NCBI GenBank assembly: GCA_026387335.1
Contig: JAPLLX010000007.1
Coordinates: 243-64,242 of the forward strand
Source of the DNA: Candidatus Omnitrophota bacterium
GTDB taxonomy: Bacteria > Omnitrophota > Gorgyraeia > Gygaellales > Profunditerraquicolaceae
DNA length: 64,000 bases
Direction: 5' to 3'
Shown: piece after piece, positions 58,491 through 64,000 of the stretch
Layout of the letters: each line of letters begins with the position of its first letter
How positions within the stretch are numbered: position 1 is the first letter of the stretch
Made by a program: the position numbers and the translations under genes
The notes under the pieces: generated by a model
The model's input: the letters and a program-made list of their open reading frames with translations, nothing else
What the model was told of the DNA's origin: nothing
The model's database searches: none

Positions 58491-60865
58491 GACTCTATGA
58501 GGGGTCAATCAAGGAATTTTCGGAAGACGTAATACATAATCGTATCGCAGATATATTAAAAGATAACTTTCTCGCCTACTATAGAAGACCACCCTCAGAA
58601 CCAGAATATCGTTCCTGGCAGCAGTCACTAAATTTCCTAAATAACGCATTCACGTATTCAGATTTATTGAATAATAAAATAATAGTGGAGTATGAATTAC
58701 CATATTCAACTCGGCGCATCGATGTGTTGGTGTTTGGGAAGAATAATTCAAATAAGGATAGTGTTGTTTTAATGGAGTTAAAGCAATGGTCTAATGAACA
58801 TGTCTATGATTGTGAAAATGAAGGTAATGTAATAATAGATTTTCTTGGTAAGAGAGAGGTAGCTCATCCTTGTTTACAAGTTGAAGGATATCATTTTGAT
58901 TTATTAGATTTTCTGTTGATTTTTAATAGTGATGACGCAGTGCAGCTAAATTCTTGCACATATTGTCACAATTATACTAAGCAAAAAGAAAACATACTCT
59001 CGCTCCCCAAATTCCATAAATTCACCAAGGCTTTTCCTCTGTTTCTCAAAGAAGATGTCAGAGAATTGGGCCTTTATTTGCAGGAGAGATTAAAGAATAG
59101 TGACGGGCTAGAAGTCTTTAGTCGTTTTTTAAATAGCCCTGTTCGACCTTCGAAAAGATTACTAGATCACACTGGCGATATGATTCATAAGCAGCAAATA
59201 TTTACGCTTATTGATGATCAAATCGCTGCTTATAATGCGATTATTAGCAAAGCTAAGCAGTTAACTAAGACAAGTACAAAGTCTATTATTGTTGTAAAGG
59301 GTGGTCCTGGAACAGGCAAGTCAGTAATTGCATTAGAAGTTATGGGCGAGCTGATGCGTCAGGGTAAGGTTGTATATCATGCTACCGGTTCATCCGCATT
59401 TACAAATACATTGAGAAAAATTGTTGGACGTAGAGCATCAAATCTCTTCAAATTCTTTTTTAACTTTACGCAGCACAAGGAGAACGAAATCGATGTTCTG
59501 ATATGCGATGAGGCCCATAGGATTAGGTCGGATAGCAATGATTATGGGGTGCCTTCTAAATTTAAATCAAAAAACCCTCAAATAGATGATCTTATAAGGC
59601 CCGCAAAGTTATCGATATTTTTTATAGATGAATTCCAGATTGTCCGTCCAAAGGAGATTGGTAGTGCTGAATTAATAAAAAGTTCAGCCGCTAAATTTGG
59701 CGTAAATGATAAAGACATTGTAGAATTCGAACTTAGGACGCAGTTCCGTTGTTCCGGGTCAGATGCATATTTACAGTGGTTAGACAAGCTACTGGAGATT
59801 AGAGAGTCTGATATAGATATTTTTGATGCAAAAATGGAGTTTAGAATTTTTGAAACTCCAGTAGATTTAAAAAGAGCAATTGATGAGAAAAATAGACACA
59901 AGGAGAATTTAGCTAGAATTGTTGCTGGTTTCTGTTGGAAATGGAGTGAACCGAATCCAGACGGTTCATTAGTAAAAGATGTTCAAATAGGTGACTTTCA
60001 AATGCCCTGGGAGAAGAAGGATGAATTTTGGAAGTGGGCTACTGATAAGAGTGGTATGGAGCAGGTTGGGACAGTCTATACAGCTCAAGGTTTTGAATTT
60101 GACTATATAGGTGTAATCTTTGGAGACGACCTCGTTTGGCGCAAAGATAAAGGTTGGATTAGTATTCCTGAGAATTCTTTTGATAAACAGGTTTTAAGAG
60201 GGAATCAAAAGCTAACTGATCATCTTAAACATGTTTATAGAGTGTTGATGTCGCGCGCTCATAAGGGAGTTTATTTGTATTTCATGGACAAAGAAACAGA
60301 AATGTTTTTTAGGACTAAGATTGAAAGCAGGGATGGCGCTTTGATGTTTTCTGATATTGTTAAAGAGGATGAAAAGCAGTCTAAAGAGCCAGTGCCGACG
60401 ATCCCGGAAAATCTGCAGTTTAGAGATTATCTCCCTATTTTATCACTTGAAGCGGTTGCAACGTCATTCGGTAAAGAAACACAGGTTGAACAAGAACCGA
60501 TTGGTTGGATCAAGGCCGATATCCCTAGAACTTTGAATAAAGACATGTTTGTTGCGAAAGTGGTAGGTAAGTCAATGGAACCGACTATTCCTGATGGAAG
60601 CTATTGCGTATTTCGCTTTGACAAAGGAGGGACCAGGAATGGATTAGCTGTCCTTGTGGAGTGTCATTTAATTTCTGACCCTGAAACGACGAGGCAGTTT
60701 ACAATAAAGCGGTATAAAAGCGAGAAAGAATATTTTGACGATGGGACATGGAGACATAAGAAAATAATTCTTTCTCCTGATAATAATGATTTTAAAGATA
60801 TCGTTTTGGAAGATGTGCCCGCTATCGAATTTCGAGTTGTAGCGGAGTTTATGTGTGTTTTATAA
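58487..60865 (+). CDS. Multidomain defense-like protein: PD-(D/E)xK nuclease motif + DUF2075/Schlafen-Nhi-like DEAH ATPase + C-terminal LexA/S24-type Ser-Lys peptidase domain
   Basis: E68/D79/E97-x-K99 (VEYE...RIDVLVF...VVLMELKQW). Walker A GGPGTGKS (aa 272-279) and Walker B VLICDEAHRI. C-terminal VGKSMEPTIPDGSYCVF...FTIKRY preceded by LEAVATSFG. Confidence 0.7.
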   Translation: MRLYEGSIKEFSEDVIHNRIADILKDNFLAYYRRPPSEPEYRSWQQSLNFLNNAFTYSDLLNNKIIVEYELPYSTRRIDVLVFGKNNSNKDSVVLMELKQWSNEHVYDCENEGNVIIDFLGKREVAHPCLQVEGYHFDLLDFLLIFNSDDAVQLNSCTYCHNYTKQKENILSLPKFHKFTKAFPLFLKEDVRELGLYLQERLKNSDGLEVFSRFLNSPVRPSKRLLDHTGDMIHKQQIFTLIDDQIAAYNAIISKAKQLTKTSTKSIIVVKGGPGTGKSVIALEVMGELMRQGKVVYHATGSSAFTNTLRKIVGRRASNLFKFFFNFTQHKENEIDVLICDEAHRIRSDSNDYGVPSKFKSKNPQIDDLIRPAKLSIFFIDEFQIVRPKEIGSAELIKSSAAKFGVNDKDIVEFELRTQFRCSGSDAYLQWLDKLLEIRESDIDIFDAKMEFRIFETPVDLKRAIDEKNRHKENLARIVAGFCWKWSEPNPDGSLVKDVQIGDFQMPWEKKDEFWKWATDKSGMEQVGTVYTAQGFEFDYIGVIFGDDLVWRKDKGWISIPENSFDKQVLRGNQKLTDHLKHVYRVLMSRAHKGVYLYFMDKETEMFFRTKIESRDGALMFSDIVKEDEKQSKEPVPTIPENLQFRDYLPILSLEAVATSFGKETQVEQEPIGWIKADIPRTLNKDMFVAKVVGKSMEPTIPDGSYCVFRFDKGGTRNGLAVLVECHLISDPETTRQFTIKRYKSEKEYFDDGTWRHKKIILSPDNNDFKDIVLEDVPAIEFRVVAEFMCVL

Positions 60866-60875
60866 TTTCTAAATA

Positions 60876-61571
60876 ATGTTTAAAGCCGGTGATGTAATTT
60901 CATACATTGAAATGTGCCAAGAAGAAGGTATAAGTCTTCAAAGAGGAATGAACTTTCGACTTAAAGGAAGACACAGTGTAATATTGATGAGTCTCAGACG
61001 CAATGCTCCATATGCTGATAAGGTTGAAGATAATGGCAAGACATTAATATACGAAGGTCATGATATCCCTCGGTTTAATAGAGCTCAAGATTCAAAGCTG
61101 GTTTCTCAACAAATGCAGAATCCCGGAGGTAGTTTAACTCAGAATGGGTTTTTTTATAAAGCAGCGCATGATTACAAAAATAAGAAGTCTGATGCAGAGC
61201 TAGTCAAGGTATATGAAAAAATTCATTCAGGAATATGGGCTTATAACGGTTTATTTAAACTAGTTGATTCGTGGCAAGAAGAATCGAATAAAAGAAAAGT
61301 ATTTAAATTCAGACTTGAAATAGATAAAATAAATTCTAAGGGCAAACAGCCAGAAAATTTTGATTTGGATCGTAACAGATTAATACCTGCATCTGTAAAG
61401 CTAGCGGTTTGGAAGAGGGATAAGGGGAAGTGTACTAAATGCGGCAGCCCTGATAATTTACATTTCGACCACATAATTCCTTATTCAAAAGGCGGGTCTT
61501 CTTTAGTTGCAGAAAACATTCAGTTGTTATGCGCAAGACATAATATTGAAAAGCGAGATAGGATTGAATAA
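60876..61571 (+). CDS. SRA/PUA-like N-terminal domain + C-terminal HNH endonuclease (type IV restriction-like architecture)
   Basis: HNH motif CTKCGSPDNLHFDHIIPYSKGGSSLVAENIQLLCARHN. N-terminus EEGISLQRGMNFRLKGRHSVILMS...KVEDNGKTLIYEGHD resembles the SRA/YDG core. Confidence 0.6.
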   Translation: MFKAGDVISYIEMCQEEGISLQRGMNFRLKGRHSVILMSLRRNAPYADKVEDNGKTLIYEGHDIPRFNRAQDSKLVSQQMQNPGGSLTQNGFFYKAAHDYKNKKSDAELVKVYEKIHSGIWAYNGLFKLVDSWQEESNKRKVFKFRLEIDKINSKGKQPENFDLDRNRLIPASVKLAVWKRDKGKCTKCGSPDNLHFDHIIPYSKGGSSLVAENIQLLCARHNIEKRDRIE

Positions 61572-61657
61572 AGGTTATGAGATGGATAGCGCCGCTTCTA
61601 ATTTTTAGGAAGTAGAAATGCCAATAAAACTAGGGGATGCTTCGGGGGTTTTAAGAT

Positions 61658-62017
61658 ATGTTTGAACAGAAACATCAAAAAATAGCTCCGGTTTCGGTAT
61701 TCATAAGAAGAGTGGCTGTATATATTGGAATCGCCATTCTGGTGATTTTAATCGCCCTGTTCATTGGGGTTGCCGGATATCATTGGATAGCTGGTTTTAG
61801 TTGGGTTGATTCATTGCTAAATGCGTCTATGATCCTGGGTGGCATGGGTCCGGTAAACCTGTTGAGTAATGCAAGCGCAAAAGTATTCGCCTCCCTGTAC
61901 GCGCTTTTCAGCGGTCTTGTATTTATTGCCGTAATGGGAATAGTTTTTACGCCAATCGTGCATAGAATGCTCCATAAATTTCATATGGATGAAAAAGATT
62001 TAAAGGGTTCGATATAA
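61658..62017 (+). CDS. Small 2-3 TM membrane protein, hypothetical
   Basis: Hydrophobic helices. Last gene of the low-GC island. Confidence 0.35.
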   Translation: MFEQKHQKIAPVSVFIRRVAVYIGIAILVILIALFIGVAGYHWIAGFSWVDSLLNASMILGGMGPVNLLSNASAKVFASLYALFSGLVFIAVMGIVFTPIVHRMLHKFHMDEKDLKGSI

Positions 62018-62023
62018 AGAGGG

Positions 62024-62051
62024 GAAATAATACTTGACAAATAGAGAACAA
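62024..62051 (+). promoter_or_regulatory. Consensus promoter TTGACA-N16-TATACT heading a ~200-nt leader with tandem terminators
   Basis: Direct reading. Near-identical to the 41204 promoter. Confidence 0.45.
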
Positions 62052-62092
62052 GTGTTATACTTTTAATAACAGCGATGTTAAAGAGGCACAGA

Positions 62093-62125
62093 AGCCCCAA
62101 AAATGTTTTGGGGTTTTTTCATTTT
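62093..62125 (+). terminator. Intrinsic terminator GCCCCAAAA-atg-TTTTGGGG-TTTTTT in the leader. Two further hairpin+T-tracts follow at about 62137..62175 and 62190..62237.
   Basis: Direct reading. Confidence 0.5.
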
Positions 62126-62253
62126 TAAGGACAAGGACGCCCTTTTTAAGGCAAAAACGCTTTGAAAGGGGCTTATTTTTTATAGACGATGGCGTCTTAA
62201 ATCCAGCGATGGATCAACGACGCCTTTTTTGTTTAGGCGGGAAAAGGGGATAA

Positions 62254-63051
62254 ATGAAAAAGTTGGGGATTCTCTTAATGGTTTTGTTAATGAGTACGCT
62301 AAGTTTTAGCGCGCTTTATGCTACCCCCACAACGCTTATCTGGGCGCCATCTACAGACGTAAAGCCGTTGGGGGTCTTCCATCTGGATGTAGATAATTAC
62401 ACTCCGGTAAGAAGCAGGGACCATAATGATAATAAATTATTTGTTCTGCAGGATTACGGTCTAATGGCCGGGTTGTTGCCGGATAATCCGCAAGAAAATC
62501 CTCTTGGTAAACTTTGGTCTCCTTTAGGCAAGATTTTGGCGGAAACAGGTTTTGACTATAAAAAAGGTTTAGGTTCAACATTAGACAAGTGGCCGGTGTA
62601 TTTCCATTTTAAACTCGGGATTCCCGAGGATGCCTATTTTAGAAATATGCCCGCGTTTGCCGTTGGTTGTTATGATATGGGTTATAAGCATAATTATACC
62701 AACTATAATGTCTGGTATTTAAGGGGGGCAAAGACTATTAATATAGGTAAGATTAATTTAGGCAGGTTCTCCGCCGGTTATTTTAACGGTAATGCCAGGT
62801 TATTGCGCGATAAAAACAGCGAGCGTGATAACGCCGGCGCGATGGTTGCCTGGGAACGGGTTATGACGGAGATAAGCGACAGGCTTTGGATATGCGTGGA
62901 TTATCAGGGTACCCAGTCAACATATGGAGCGCTCAACTACGGTTTATCCTGGAAATTCACCAATAATATTGCGGCTATCCTGGCTTACGATGTATATAAC
63001 AACCCGAATTCGAAGAATACTGTGACATTTCAACTAGACGTTGACTTTTAG
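62254..63051 (+). CDS. Putative outer-membrane beta-barrel (porin-like) protein
   Basis: Signal peptide, alternating beta pattern, C-terminal ...QLDVDF aromatic terminus. Immediately upstream of amtB. Confidence 0.5.
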   Translation: MKKLGILLMVLLMSTLSFSALYATPTTLIWAPSTDVKPLGVFHLDVDNYTPVRSRDHNDNKLFVLQDYGLMAGLLPDNPQENPLGKLWSPLGKILAETGFDYKKGLGSTLDKWPVYFHFKLGIPEDAYFRNMPAFAVGCYDMGYKHNYTNYNVWYLRGAKTINIGKINLGRFSAGYFNGNARLLRDKNSERDNAGAMVAWERVMTEISDRLWICVDYQGTQSTYGALNYGLSWKFTNNIAAILAYDVYNNPNSKNTVTFQLDVDF

Positions 63052-63074
63052 CTAAAAATAAAGGAGAAGAAAAA

Positions 63075-64000
63075 ATGATTAATTCAGGAGATACGGCGTG
63101 GGTTTTAATTTCATCGGCCCTGGTTTTATTAATGACGCCCGGCCTGGCTTTTTTCTACGGAGGTATGGTCAGAAAAAAGAATATTCTGAGCGTGCTGATG
63201 CAATGTTTCATTATTATGTGTGTTTTAAGCCTTCAGTGGGTCCTCTTCGGCTATAGTCTTTCTTTCGCGCCGAATCAAGGTTTTTGGGGCGGTTTTAACT
63301 GGGTTGGTTTAAAGAATGTCGGTTTTACGCCGTATCCGGATTACGCGGCAACGATTCCGCATCAGGCATTTATGATTTTTCAGGCAATGTTCGCGATTAT
63401 CACCCCAGCTTTGATTATCGGCGCCTTTGCGGAGAGGATGAAATTTTCCGCCTTCCTTTTATTTACGCTTCTTTGGGCTACATTTGTATATGATCCGCTC
63501 TGTCACTGGGTTTGGGGTATGGGAGGCTGGTTAAGGAATTTAGGAGCGCTGGATTTTGCCGGTGGAACAGTGGTGCATATCAATGCCGGGATTGCCGCGC
63601 TGGTTACCGCTCTAATATTAGGTAAGAGGGTTAATCTAGATAAGAATGTCCCTACTCCGCATAATATGCCTTTTGTGGTTTTAGGCACGGGCCTCTTATG
63701 GTTTGGTTGGTTTGGATTTAATGCGGGTAGCGCCTTAGCGGCAAATGGCTTGGCGGTCAACGCTTTTGTGGTGACTAATACTGCCGCCGCCGCAGCAGGT
63801 TTGAGTTGGGCGTTTGTTGAATGGATACATAATGGCAAGCCGACAATATTCGGTGTTTGTTCCGGAGCTGTCGCCGGTCTAGTCGCGATTACTCCGGCTG
63901 CTGGTTTTGTTAGCGTGATCCCGGCGATCATTATAGGATTGTTAGTCAGTGTATTTTCTTTTATCGCGGTTACCGTGATTAAGCCAAAATTAGGCTACGA
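63075..64000 (+). CDS. amtB: Ammonium transporter AmtB (3' partial, runs off window)
   Basis: MTPGLAFFYGGMVRKKN...FAGGTVVHINAGIAAL...GFNAGSA Amt motifs. SD aaggag. Confidence 0.9.
   Translation, partial: MINSGDTAWVLISSALVLLMTPGLAFFYGGMVRKKNILSVLMQCFIIMCVLSLQWVLFGYSLSFAPNQGFWGGFNWVGLKNVGFTPYPDYAATIPHQAFMIFQAMFAIITPALIIGAFAERMKFSAFLLFTLLWATFVYDPLCHWVWGMGGWLRNLGALDFAGGTVVHINAGIAALVTALILGKRVNLDKNVPTPHNMPFVVLGTGLLWFGWFGFNAGSALAANGLAVNAFVVTNTAAAAAGLSWAFVEWIHNGKPTIFGVCSGAVAGLVAITPAAGFVSVIPAIIIGLLVSVFSFIAVTVIKPKLGY

Overview
This 64-kb window is from an AT-rich bacterial chromosome. Almost all genes run on the + strand; the only minus-strand genes are lptG, lptF and comFC (30.4-33.4 kb) and one tRNA-Leu. 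The window is dominated by housekeeping genes in a Bacillus-like order, yet the organism is clearly diderm (lolCD, mlaEFD, lptFG, an outer-membrane beta-barrel protein).

- **Housekeeping gene order (Bacillus-like).**
  - lolC/E, lolD, ilvE, mcsA, mcsB, clpC, mlaE, mlaF, mlaD, radA, yacL, ispD, ispF, cysE, cysS.
  - tmk, holB, ricT, metG, tatD.
  - mtnA, thiL, tsaE, tsaB, alr.
  - Further on: pyrE, smpB, amiC, murI, queD-queC-queE-queF, class-I fumarase alpha/beta, rph, rdgB, amtB.
- **RNA genes.**
  - tRNA-Leu(CAG) on the minus strand.
  - A 431-nt tmRNA immediately after smpB, with an unusually long predicted 26-aa tag.
  - tRNA-Pro(UGG), tRNA-Arg(UCU) and tRNA-His(GUG).
  - A degenerate partial copy of tRNA-His 55 nt downstream of the intact gene.
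- **Accessory features.**
  - An ECF/cobalt ATPase with a His-rich tail.
  - HtpX with an EF-hand-like loop.
  - An in-frame Maf + lipoprotein M48 peptidase fusion.
  - A UbiA prenyltransferase with a large N-terminal membrane extension.
  - An arsP-acr3 pair.
  - A P-type ATPase fused to an N-terminal PTS-EIIA(Ntr)-like domain, behind a ~340-nt attenuator-type leader.
  - Several consensus sigma70-like promoters, two of them placed so that the mRNAs would be leaderless.

The most interesting region is a lower-GC (by eye) island at about 57.4-62.0 kb, downstream of the tRNA-His locus. It starts with a GIY-YIG protein and an ORF6N (KilA-N-like) remnant. A promoter, a 12-codon uORF and a terminator then lead into a tightly coupled operon:
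1. A MazG-like NTP pyrophosphohydrolase.
2. A 792-aa protein with three parts:
   - an N-terminal PD-(D/E)xK nuclease motif;
   - a DUF2075/Schlafen-Nhi-like DEAH ATPase;
   - a C-terminal LexA/S24-type Ser-Lys autopeptidase domain preceded by an Ala-Gly-like linker.
3. An SRA/PUA-like + HNH endonuclease of type-IV-restriction-like architecture.
4. A small 2-3 TM protein.

I propose this as a candidate, apparently undescribed, DNA-damage/RecA-sensing anti-phage system. All assignments rest on motif recognition by eye; no database searches or computations were run.
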